A stretch of DNA of 64,000 bases from the NCBI GenBank assembly GCA_003232915.1, contig QIKE01000106.1, positions 2,703 to 66,702 on the forward strand, written 5' to 3'. The notes under the pieces are model-generated. The model saw nothing but the letters and a program-made list of their open reading frames with translations. It ran no database searches and was not told where the DNA came from. Source of the stretch: Bacteroidota bacterium (GTDB lineage Bacteria > Bacteroidota > Bacteroidia > Bacteroidales > F082). Positions within the stretch are counted from its first letter, which is position 1; the number at the start of each line of letters is the position of its first letter. Shown here one piece after another: positions 37,617 through 47,031 of this stretch. The position numbers were made by a program, and so were the translations under genes.

Positions 37617-38171
37617 TTAATGCTTAACGCCTATTAATTCTTCAATTTTTTTCTTCATCGCCTCAAATTCAGTTCTATCGTAAAGCCGTGTAAGGAAGGC
37701 AATATGCCAAGAGCTATCAATAACAACATTGCGTGTTACGCCACTGTTCTTATAGGCAAAACGCGAAAATATTTCAGCCCCTGAGTCCAATGCCACAGGA
37801 TAAGTAATTTTCATTTGTTTTTTAAATGCATGGACCTTGTCAAGGGATTCGTCGTAATCAACACCTATTAATATAAAACTTTTTTCTTTGTTCGCCAGCC
37901 AAATTTCCTTTTCGAGATGAGGCATTTCTTTGCGACAAACCGAACACCAACTTGCCGTAAATTGCAAAACCACAACTTTTTTATGTATATCGTAAAGCAT
38001 TGACGTTTTCCCATTAGCAAATTGAAGTCCAAAATTAGTAACGCTATCGCCTACCTTTACTCTATAGCCCCTGTCGTGTTTTGTTTGCGAAAAACCAAAA
38101 CCTATTTCGAACAACAATAAAAAAATTAGTAAAATATTTTTCATACTATTATCTATTAATTTAAAACACAA
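37617..38171 (-). CDS. TlpA/ResA-like thiol-disulfide oxidoreductase
   Basis: FTASWCSVCRKEMPHLE; signal peptide; likely start at 38144. Confidence 0.9.
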   Translation of the reverse strand: MCFKLIDNSMKNILLIFLLLFEIGFGFSQTKHDRGYRVKVGDSVTNFGLQFANGKTSMLYDIHKKVVVLQFTASWCSVCRKEMPHLEKEIWLANKEKSFILIGVDYDESLDKVHAFKKQMKITYPVALDSGAEIFSRFAYKNSGVTRNVVIDSSWHIAFLTRLYDRTEFEAMKKKIEELIGVKH

Positions 38172-38573
38172 TTGTTTATAAAAATTACTCTTATCGTATT
38201 CGTTAGCAAAAAAAATTTACCGAAATAATTTTACAGTAAAAATATGTTAATTTTCTGGCGGAACACCAATAAATTTTAATAAATTCGTACTTGCCCTGAT
38301 TTTTTTTCTAAAGTGTGAATTATCTCTTCACGAGTTGTCTCGAAGCGAATGCGACAATTTTGAAATTAATTTTAAAGTAGAACACCCAAACATTAAAATG
38401 CTTTAAATCCTCGCATAAAGTTCTCAATTAGATAAAAAAATTAGATTTAAAACGTAACTGACTGTTTTTGAAATTAACCATTCTTTAAAAGGTGTTCTAA
38501 TCATCGTCTTTTGGAACAGTTTTTGCAAATTGTGCTTGCAAATAAAACGGATAAACTTTAAAGATGTAAAGCG

Positions 38574-39167
38574 ATGAAATCAAAAATGTTCATTTGGATT
38601 TTGAGTGTTATGCTTTTTTTTGGGGGAACTTTTACAACTTATGCACAAGACACGGTAAAACTCACCAAAAAAGAACTGCGCAAATTCGAACGAAGAAAGA
38701 AAAAAGAAGAAAAAGAAAGATCAAGTTTTAAACAACGTTTAAAATATGCAAAAATGTTGAAAGATCAACGTTTTGTATTTCAGGCCAACATCTTGTTTGG
38801 GCCGCAAGGTGAAAGCTATTCTGTTTCGCCAAGCATTAACTTTTTGGCAGTAAAAGGCAATCAGGTGGTGCTTCAATTTGGTTTCGAAGGAGTTATCGGG
38901 TGGAATGGTGTAGGTGGACTCACCTCAGAAGGCTATCTCGAAAACTACAAATTCGAACCTGGCAAAAAGAAAAATTCTGCATTAAGTATAAATTCGCGTG
39001 TTCGTCCCATATCTACAACCGGAAGTCCCTATTTTCATTTGACGGTTTTAGATGACGGCTCTGCACAACTTGACGTGAATATGGCTTTAGGAGGACATCT
39101 CCGTATGTCGGGATATATTGTTAGTTTAAAAAAAGCCGATATTTTTAAAGGACAAACATTGTTTTAA
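38574..39167 (+). CDS. DUF4251-like exported protein
   Basis: Signal peptide, Lys-rich linker, FVFQAN, INF..V.G....LQ, NGVGGLT. Confidence 0.75.
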   Translation: MKSKMFIWILSVMLFFGGTFTTYAQDTVKLTKKELRKFERRKKKEEKERSSFKQRLKYAKMLKDQRFVFQANILFGPQGESYSVSPSINFLAVKGNQVVLQFGFEGVIGWNGVGGLTSEGYLENYKFEPGKKKNSALSINSRVRPISTTGSPYFHLTVLDDGSAQLDVNMALGGHLRMSGYIVSLKKADIFKGQTLF

Positions 39168-39490
39168 GTTTGTAAAGTTGTCCAAATAATTAATTAAATT
39201 TCTACGACTTTCTGAAAACAATATTTTTAGTATTATTAAATTTGCAGGTAAGTATATAAATATAAATCAATTACAATATTTTAAGAATTTGAAATATCCA
39301 TGATGAATAAATTCGACACCGGGAAACTTGATTATAGAACTTCGTTAGGAGCGATATTTTACAGCCACATATCCAGTGCGGGGAATAATAAATAAGAGAA
39401 TAGGTTTTGGCACGATTTTCTATGGCGAAGCGGAAAATCATAACAAAACACAAACATCAGATTAACAACATATTACAAAATTATAAACAA

Positions 39491-40318
39491 ATGAAATACT
39501 TTAAAAAACAGCAGTTGATTAAACTTATAATTGCAGTTTTTGTTTTAGTTGCATTGTCAGAAGCTTCGTGTCATAAAATAAACACGCCTGATATTGTATC
39601 GGGGAAACTTATTTTTACTTTTGAACATAGCGTCGGCGAAAATTCGTTGCAAATTGATACTATGAAATATGTTAATGCAGCGGGCAATCCTTATCTTGTT
39701 ACTGGAATTCAATATTTCATTTCCGATATTTGCCTTCATAAAGCCAATGGCGACAGCATATTGCTCGACAAATGGAACGATATCCATTATGTAGATACCG
39801 ATTTGCCCGAAACATGGGATTATTTTCTCAAAGATAGTATTCCACAAGACGATTACAGTTCGGTTTCTTTTACTTTCGGTATTAATGCCGAAAAAAATAA
39901 ATCGTTGTTGTTTGTCAATCCTCCCGAGTCGAATATGTTTTGGCCCGAATATCTCGGCGGTGGCTATCATTATATGAAACTCAACGGTAAATGGCGCGAC
40001 ACCAGCGGTGTCATTCGACTTTTTAACGTTCACATCGGTATTGGACAAATCTACGATTCTACAGGACATATTACCCGATTTGTTCAAAATTTTTTTAAAG
40101 TTCAATTATCTTCTTCGGCCTTTTCAATTGCCGCCGGACAAAGTGTTGAAATTACTTTAAACATGGATGTTAACGAATGGTTTGAAAGTCCCGAAATCTT
40201 CAATTTTAACGTTTGGGGCGGCGGTATTATGCAAAAACAAGTGGCGTTACATATTGTGTGCTTAAACGGTCATAATGTTTTTTCGGTAAAAGATATCAAA
40301 ACGCTAATTCACGAATAG
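39491..40318 (+). CDS. mbnP: MbnP family copper-binding protein
   Basis: ORF 39407-40318, likely start at 39491; YFISDI.L, MFWP..GGGYHYMKLNG, HIG; directly upstream of a di-heme peroxidase. Confidence 0.75.
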   Translation: MKYFKKQQLIKLIIAVFVLVALSEASCHKINTPDIVSGKLIFTFEHSVGENSLQIDTMKYVNAAGNPYLVTGIQYFISDICLHKANGDSILLDKWNDIHYVDTDLPETWDYFLKDSIPQDDYSSVSFTFGINAEKNKSLLFVNPPESNMFWPEYLGGGYHYMKLNGKWRDTSGVIRLFNVHIGIGQIYDSTGHITRFVQNFFKVQLSSSAFSIAAGQSVEITLNMDVNEWFESPEIFNFNVWGGGIMQKQVALHIVCLNGHNVFSVKDIKTLIHE

Positions 40319-40375
40319 GAGTAATTCTGGTTAGCTTTGCGAATAAGTAAACTAACCAATAGTTTACAATATATT

Positions 40376-41527
40376 ATGAAAAAAGTAATTTTTTACATTT
40401 CGGTTATTGAGCTAATGGCAATTTTTTTGGCTTCTTGCGGGGGCAACAACAAACCGAATCCTGTTTATAAGCCGACACCTTACAAAATAGACATCCCATT
40501 TGGTTTTCCTACCAAATTAAATATCCCCGCAGATAATCCTATGACGGAAGAAGGGGTTAAGCTCGGACGCTATTTGTTTTACGACGGTAGGCTTTCGGGT
40601 CGTACCGACCCCGATTCGATGATGAGTTGCTCAACCTGTCATATTCAAAAAAATTCGTTTGAAGTCGGCATCAACAATCCTCGTTTTCCCGGTGGTTTTC
40701 CTTACGGAATCACAGGCAAACCAACTCCTCATGTTATGCTTCCGATGATAAATCTTGTATGGAATTCAAATGGGTATCTTTGGAACGGTTTTGTTTCTGA
40801 AAATAACCCTAATCCGAATTTTAGGAATATCGAAGACATAGTTAGGATGGGTGTTGTTTCGGATCATGAGATGGACGGCGATACCACCCGTGTAAAACAA
40901 CTGTTTCAGTCGTTACCAGGATACCCCGAATTATTTTTCAAAGCTTTTGGTAACGAAACGGTTACATTTAAAAATATTGAACGCGCTATTGCCCAATTTG
41001 TCCGTACGTTAATTTCGGCCAATTCTAAATTCGATAAATATATACGTGGCGAAGTGCAATTGTCGCAATCGGAATTGCAAGGTTTTGTGTTGTTTACTAC
41101 TGAACAAGGAGCCGACTGCTTTCATTGTCATGGTGGGTATGGCAATCCGCTATTTACTACCAACTTGTTTTATAACAACGGTCTCGATTCTATTTTTACC
41201 GACCCTGCCGACCGCTTTGGCGTTACCGGCGATGCGAGAGATCACGGAGCATACAAAGCTCCAACCTTGCGAAATATTCAACTCACAGGTCCCTATATGC
41301 GTGATGGCAGGTTTAAAACCCTTGAAGAAGTAATTGATTTTTATTCCAGCGGCCTCATCCAAACTCCTTATGTTAACCCGTTGATGCATCATATTAACAA
41401 TGGCGGTGTACAACTTACACCACAAGAAAAATATGATTTGATTAGTTTTCTCAAATCGCTTCGCGACGATGATTTTCTAACCAATCCTAAATTTGCAAAA
41501 CCAGAAAAGTTTCCCGACGAAAAATAA
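40376..41527 (+). CDS. mbnH: Di-heme cytochrome c peroxidase family (MbnH/MauG-like) lipoprotein
   Basis: ORF 40337-41527; PADNP.T..GV.LGR.LFYD, CSTCH, CFHCH, KAPTLRNI..TGPYM.DGRF. Confidence 0.85.
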   Translation: MKKVIFYISVIELMAIFLASCGGNNKPNPVYKPTPYKIDIPFGFPTKLNIPADNPMTEEGVKLGRYLFYDGRLSGRTDPDSMMSCSTCHIQKNSFEVGINNPRFPGGFPYGITGKPTPHVMLPMINLVWNSNGYLWNGFVSENNPNPNFRNIEDIVRMGVVSDHEMDGDTTRVKQLFQSLPGYPELFFKAFGNETVTFKNIERAIAQFVRTLISANSKFDKYIRGEVQLSQSELQGFVLFTTEQGADCFHCHGGYGNPLFTTNLFYNNGLDSIFTDPADRFGVTGDARDHGAYKAPTLRNIQLTGPYMRDGRFKTLEEVIDFYSSGLIQTPYVNPLMHHINNGGVQLTPQEKYDLISFLKSLRDDDFLTNPKFAKPEKFPDEK

Positions 41528-41600
41528 TTTTCATATAATTATCTACATGTGCAATAATAGTTCGACAAAACATTATGGGAAATAGGAGAAAACAAATTTA

Positions 41601-42680
41601 TCAGGCCAAACGCACACGAGGGTCGAGTAGTGCATATATAATATCCACAGCAATATTGGTGAGGATAAGTATAGCAGCAATAAATAGTACCGCACCCATC
41701 AGTACGGGTAAATCGTATTTTTCGAGAGCATCAACTATCACAAAACCAATACCTTTCCAGTCGAAAACATATTCAACAAACACGGCACCGGCCATTAGCG
41801 AGGCGAACCAACCGGTAATGGCGGTAACAACGGGGTTGAGTGCATTGCGGAGCGCATGATGTACGATAACCCGCCAAGAGTTAAGGCCTTTGGCATAAGC
41901 TGTCCGGATATAATCTTGAGATAAAACATCTAATAGCGCACTGCGCATCAAACTAATCACAATCGCAAGTGGACGGATACCCAACGTTAGAGCAGGCAAT
42001 ATAAGGTTTTTCAAATTGAGATATACTTCACCGGTGTAATCGTCAACAGAATAAAGACTACCGAACATAGGAAGTCCGGTATATTTGCCAAGGATATCGG
42101 CAAAGAGCCAAGCAATAAGAATAGCAGCAAAAAACGAAGGAACCGACATACCAAGCGATGAAAATATTAACAGAAATTTGTCGAGTGCGCTATCTTTTTT
42201 CAATGCCGCAACAATTCCTAATACAATGCCTACAACCATAGCGAGCAAAATAGAAGCCGTTGCAAGAAGTAGCGTTTTCGGGAAAGCTTCTAAAAGAATG
42301 GCCGAAACATTACGTTTGCTTTGATACGACTGCCGTAAGTATGGTTCTTTCAACACAATAGCATGTTTACCAAACCGAAAAAGGACTTTTGCCGATGGAT
42401 ATTTCAGGTGACTGAGATACCAAAAGCTACCACTATCTTGTGTATTGTGAACCGATATAGGCGATAAATCGTTTAGAAAATTAAGGTATTGAATGGAAAG
42501 CGGACGGTCGAGACCAAGTTCTTTTTTTATGGCAGCCACCGATGAAATGTCGGCACGTTGCCCAAGAAGCATACGCGACGCATCGCCAGGCAGAATGTTG
42601 AACAACACAAAAATTACCGTTACAACTCCCCATAAAACTAATATGCCATAAACTAACCGTCTGACAATGAATAGTGTCAT
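41601..42680 (-). CDS. ABC transporter permease (DppB/OppB-like), with no partner subunits nearby
   Basis: LGLDRPL..QY, EAA motif QDYIRTAYAKGL, HALRNALNPV, VFDWKGIG. Confidence 0.92.
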   Translation of the reverse strand: MTLFIVRRLVYGILVLWGVVTVIFVLFNILPGDASRMLLGQRADISSVAAIKKELGLDRPLSIQYLNFLNDLSPISVHNTQDSGSFWYLSHLKYPSAKVLFRFGKHAIVLKEPYLRQSYQSKRNVSAILLEAFPKTLLLATASILLAMVVGIVLGIVAALKKDSALDKFLLIFSSLGMSVPSFFAAILIAWLFADILGKYTGLPMFGSLYSVDDYTGEVYLNLKNLILPALTLGIRPLAIVISLMRSALLDVLSQDYIRTAYAKGLNSWRVIVHHALRNALNPVVTAITGWFASLMAGAVFVEYVFDWKGIGFVIVDALEKYDLPVLMGAVLFIAAILILTNIAVDIIYALLDPRVRLA

Positions 42681-43032
42681 CTACTTTTTTAATTAAAAAT
42701 AATTGCGGGTTAAAAGTATGTAAATAATAAATGCTGATATATAGTATTGTAATTTTCAATATTAACAATTGAAGTACGAAAATTCAACGAATTAATAATG
42801 TAGGATAGACATTGAGTACGAATTTTTATTGAGTAACATTGCCCTAAAGTTGTTAAAGACTTATCTATCGAAAACAAATAGAGATATTATTATTTGTATG
42901 CAAAAAGTCTTTCGCATTTCGATGCGTTAATTTTTAATAATTTTGCTCAAAAAGTTATTTCGTTCGACAATAAAATACCGTTATTGGTTTTTAAATTATA
43001 AAGTCGTTAATATTTTTTCAATTTTTTATTTT

Positions 43033-43845
43033 ATGATACAACAGATTATTTTTACGATTTCTATAATCGTTACTGTAACGGCTTTTTATTTGATTTTCAG
43101 ATTTGTCTTCAATTCAAATAATATAAAAAAAAAATACCAAAGTTGCCTTTTCTCGAAAATTGGAAGAAAATTCTTCGACAACGAGTGTTGTACTGTCGCA
43201 ATCTTCCTGACGAACGGAAAAAGGAATTTGAGGATAGGGTAAAACGGTTTTTTGTGGAAAAATCAATAAAAGGAGTTGATACCGCAATCACCGTTACTGA
43301 CAAGCTGTTTGTAGCGTCAAGTGCAATTAGCCCCTTATTTAATTTCTTGTATTTTGAATATCCTGATGTTAGTGAAGTGTTGCTTTATCCAGGATCTTTC
43401 GACAAAAAGTTCCAAACCGGAAACCAAGTCGAACAAAGAAATATTCTCGGAATGGTTGGCGACGGATTTATGAACAGGCTAGTGATACTTTTCAAAACCC
43501 GACATGGAAGCGGCTTTCGACGGAAAATGACATCGTAATAATGTTGGAATTCATGAATTTGTTCATCTTATCGACAAAGCTGACGGTGTCGTTGATGGCG
43601 TTCCCAAAATTTTATTTCAAAACTCTTATACTTTTCCTTGACTAAAGAAGTACATCGTGAAATGAAAAAAATAAAAGAAGAACACTCCGACATCAATTCC
43701 TTATGCCTTAACCAACGACACAGAATTTTTGGCCGTTGTTAGCGAATATTTTTTCGATAATCCCGAAAAATTAAAACAGCGACACCCCGAGTTATATCAA
43801 TATTTGACGAAAATATTCCAGCAAAAACCCGATGACTATATTTAA
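43033..43845 (+). pseudogene. Decayed MtfA-like zinc metallopeptidase (M90)
   Basis: Pieces across frames: MIQQ..., LLYPGSF, NVGIHEFVHLIDKADG..DGVP (HExxH at 43552), YALTNDTEFLAVVSEYFF.NP..L...HPELY; several frameshifts and in-frame TGA at 43528 and 43639. Confidence 0.85.
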
Positions 43846-43852
43846 CTTTTAT

Positions 43853-43984
43853 AGGGTATCTGATCTCCTCCGCTTAAATACGCAAACAAGTGTATATCAA
43901 AATATTAAAAAAGCATGCAATATTTTCGTAATACTCTGATTATCAAATTTATTTACAAAACTACGGAAGACAATCCGATACCTC
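43853..43984. mobile_element. Possible degenerate MITE
   Basis: Imperfect terminal inverted repeats AGGGTATCTGATCTCCTCCG / CGGAAGACAATCCGATACCTC around a ~90 bp AT-rich noncoding core. Confidence 0.35.
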
Positions 43985-44075
43985 ATATAAAATATTATTA
44001 AGTGCGCTTTTTCCTGCATTAAAGTTGTGTTGTAATTAGTATTAATTTTGAAGTCAATTTAAAACTAAATCAATA

Positions 44076-44831
44076 ATGAGAAAAAATATTGTTGCAGGCA
44101 ACTGGAAAATGAATAAAACTTTTGAAGAAGCCGAAGAATTGGTTAGTAAGTTGGCCAACGGTTTTGATAAAAAATACCTTAAATGCGAAGTGGTGATTTG
44201 TCCACCTTCGCCTTATCTCGAAATGGTATCTGATTATGCAGAAGAAAGTGTATTTGATGTTGGTGCACAAAATGTTAGCGAATATGAGAATGGTGCTTAT
44301 ACCGGAGAAATATCAGCCGAAATGCTTTCGTCTATCGAATTGGAATATTGTATTGTAGGCCATAGCGAACGGCGAAAATATTTTAACGAAAGCAACAGCC
44401 AAATTAGTGCAAAAATAGACAGATTACTTGATTTTGGAATTCACCCGATTTTTTGTTGCGGTGAGGTGCTCAACGAACGTGAAAAGGGAATTCAGTTTGA
44501 TGTGATAAAATCGCAGATTGCCAAAAGTCTCTTTCTCCTAAACAAAGATGAGTTTTCAAACATAGTAATGGCTTACGAGCCGGTTTGGGCTATCGGTACC
44601 GGAAAAACAGCAAAACCCGAACAAGCGCAAGAAATGCACGCTTTTATTCGCAGTCTCATCGCCGAACATTACGACAATGAAACAGCCAACAACACAACCA
44701 TTTTATACGGAGGAAGTTGCAACGCTAAAAATGCTCACGAACTTTTTGCAAATAATGATGTTGATGGCGGACTTATCGGCGGTGCTTCGCTGAAAGCTCA
44801 AGATTTTATTGCCATCGCAAAAAGTTTTTGA
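44076..44831 (+). CDS. tpiA: Triosephosphate isomerase
   Basis: AGNWKMN, GHSERR, AYEPVWAIGTG, LYGGS, DGGLIGGASL. Confidence 0.98.
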   Translation: MRKNIVAGNWKMNKTFEEAEELVSKLANGFDKKYLKCEVVICPPSPYLEMVSDYAEESVFDVGAQNVSEYENGAYTGEISAEMLSSIELEYCIVGHSERRKYFNESNSQISAKIDRLLDFGIHPIFCCGEVLNEREKGIQFDVIKSQIAKSLFLLNKDEFSNIVMAYEPVWAIGTGKTAKPEQAQEMHAFIRSLIAEHYDNETANNTTILYGGSCNAKNAHELFANNDVDGGLIGGASLKAQDFIAIAKSF

Positions 44832-45376
44832 TAATAAATAGTTGTATAATCTTATCCGAGTAAATAATCTACCTTTTTAAAATATGGCTTTGGTTTGCCC
44901 TCATAGGAAGTTTTTGAATATTTTCTATTTTTTTGAATATCAAACAGCGATTAACGATTTTAGCATCCTGAAGTTTTAATTTACTCTTCTATTGCGATTC
45001 GTTAATTGATATTCATCATTCAATTTTTCTCAGCAAACAAAAAGGCATGATCAAAAAAGTATTACCACGCCAAAGGACGTGGTTTTTCAAGTTGAATAAA
45101 AAAGCTAAATTGAGAAAATTCCCAAACTTGTAATTAATGAAAACCAATTGGACTAAATTGAAATTGAACCTGAAGTATAAATACTAAACGTTCTTAAAAA
45201 AAACAAATAAATCAAATGAAAATCGGCAGATACTCGAATTTTTACAATATTGTGGGCATAAGCACAAAGTATTAGCCAGATATGATGAGTATAACATAAG
45301 GTGATATGGATTAAGGAGATGACACCCGCACAACGTATAAACTTGACCGTAGGACATGCTATTAACCATAATACAT

Positions 45377-45440
45377 ATTCAAACACATTTGGTTTTTTTA
45401 TGAATCTGCTAAAAAATCAATAAACCAAATGTGCTTGAAT
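45377..45440. repeat. Long imperfect inverted repeat
   Basis: ATTCAAACACATTTGGTTT / AAACCAAATGTGCTTGAAT (one mismatch in 19 bp). Confidence 0.65.
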
Positions 45441-45534
45441 TTTGCCTAATTTCAAGAGAAGAAAATATGGCAAAAACGTTCTTATAAACGGAAAATTATA
45501 AACTTCGGACTAACTAACACAATGAGAGGGAAAC

Positions 45535-45564
45535 TTGAAAATAAAAAAAAGAAGTCTACTTTTG
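45535..45564 (+). promoter_or_regulatory. Bacteroidota-type housekeeping promoter for tRNA-His
   Basis: TTG (45535-37), 19-nt spacer, TACTTTTG (45557-64), ending 11 nt before the tRNA. Confidence 0.7.
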
Positions 45565-45575
45565 CCCGCTGAATT

Positions 45576-45649
45576 GCCGCCTTAGCTCAGCTGGTTAGAG
45601 CGCTAGATTGTGGATCTAGAGGTCATGGGTTCGAATCTCATAGGCGGTA
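45576..45649 (+). tRNA. tRNA-His (GTG), atypical acceptor stem
   Basis: Cloverleaf: acceptor GCCGCCT/AGGCGGT, D arm GCTC/GAGC, anticodon arm CTAGA-TTGTGGA-TCTAG, T arm ATGGG-TTCGAAT-CTCAT; discriminator A; position -1 is T; CCA not encoded. Confidence 0.95.
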
Positions 45650-45655
45650 CAATAG

Positions 45656-45688
45656 AGCACTACATTTAAATTGATGTAGTGCTTTTTT
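45656..45688 (+). terminator. Intrinsic terminator after tRNA-His
   Basis: AGCACTACAT/ATGTAGTGCT 10-bp stem followed by a T run. Confidence 0.8.
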
Positions 45689-45712
45689 ATTTAATTTTAC
45701 AAAAATATTTTT

Positions 45713-46468
45713 ATGGGAAACAAGCGAGGAATCGTACCAAGAAAAATCAAAGGGTTTAGGGAAATTGACCCAAACTTGAACAGGGTAAGATGGAAAATAA
45801 TAAATGCAGCGAGCAAAGTTTATAAACTTTATGGATTTGAACATTGGGACACCCCAGTTGTTGAATATGCCGATAATTTAGGGAAATACCTTCCTGATAC
45901 AGATACAATTGCAGAAGGGGTTTATTCGTTTCGGAATCCTGAAAAAGAACCGGTTCTAAAGTCAGATGGTAAAGAACTCAGGGATGATTGGGATCGTGAA
46001 ACCATGGAGAATCATTTTCTTTCTTTAAGATATGATCTTACTGCCCCATTAGCCATGCATTACGCCGAAAAACTTTGGATGAATAGCCGTAAAGGGAATT
46101 TGCCCACAAAGAATGCCCCACTTTTTAGAATGTATCAATTTGGTCAGGTTTATCGCTATGAAGCTAAACTTGATCCGGGTCGGTTTAGGGAATTTTGGCA
46201 GCTTGATTTCGATTCGGTAGGGTCAGGAGACGTTGCTGTTGGTGCCGAGGTTTGCATGGTTTTGTCCGATTCTATGGAAGCAATAGGGTTGACAAGGAAC
46301 ACATACATTGTAAAAGTCAATAATAGAAAAATCCTAAAAGGATTACTTCAAAATCTTGGTGTAAAAACTGAGAAACAAGAACAGTCGATTTTAAGAATAA
46401 TTGACAAAACCGACAAAATTGGCATGGAAGCTTTAGTTGAGGAACTTGGTGTCGGACGAACTGAATAA
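45713..46468 (+). pseudogene. hisS: Truncated histidyl-tRNA synthetase (N-terminal 251 aa only)
   Basis: KGFRE, YGFEHWDTP (motif 1), LRYDLTAPLA, YRYE...GRFREFWQLDFD (motif 2), VNNRKIL, IDKTDKIG; stops before motif 3 and the anticodon-binding domain, with noncoding-looking DNA after. Confidence 0.85.
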
Positions 46469-47031
46469 TTGGCGTTTATTTGACTAAATGGGTTTATCTT
46501 TTTGTAACAGAAATTAACAATTTATTAATTTGTAATGTTTATTTATGAAAAAAAATATTTTTTTATTTGAAATGCAACGAACCATATATCCTAATAATGA
46601 TAAAATGGGGGGAATTGAGAAGGATTTTAAAGATTCGACTCAATTAAATAATTATCAATGCTTTCTTTTAATGTCTTTCTTTTATTTTATAAATCATTAA
46701 AAAATAAACTTTGGAGATTGTATCATCTAATGCTGAAAATTAATTGATCGAAATTTTTATTGTAGTTTCATTTGGAGAAAAACAAGTTAGCAATGTTAAT
46801 CGAAAAGCCAAGAGCACAAATCAAAATTTGAGCTACCGCGTTGCAGTGAAAAACAACACGGGTATTCAAATAAAGGCTTCATGCATTAGTAGGTTTTATC
46901 GCTAATAGAAACATTATGCAAGAAAAAAAATATAGTTGTAAAATGAAAAAGAATTGCTACGAAATTCCATACAAAACATAGCGAATATGCGTTGTTCATA
47001 ATTAGCAAAAATACTTTAAAATATCTTTTTA

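Noticed and set aside
39240-39490. Possible relic of a transporter gene upstream of mbnP (…DILQPHIQCG…)
   Set aside because: Only a few residues of resemblance; not supportable.
43528-43641. In-frame TGA codons suggesting TGA recoding or selenocysteine
   Set aside because: The same gene has several frameshifts, and intact genes such as tpiA end in TGA, so the standard code applies.
45153-45386. Short ORFs and attC-like GTT/AAC motifs upstream of the tRNA
   Set aside because: No recognisable protein motifs, no properly paired attC structure and no integrase.
45650-45712. Terminator between the tRNA and hisS as a T-box or attenuator
   Set aside because: No T-box consensus or His-codon leader peptide; simplest reading is the tRNA terminator.
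45713-46468. Reading the short HisRS as HisZ or a functional mini-paralog
   Set aside because: HisZ keeps the whole catalytic fold; this ORF stops inside the insertion domain before motif 3, and no hisG is nearby.
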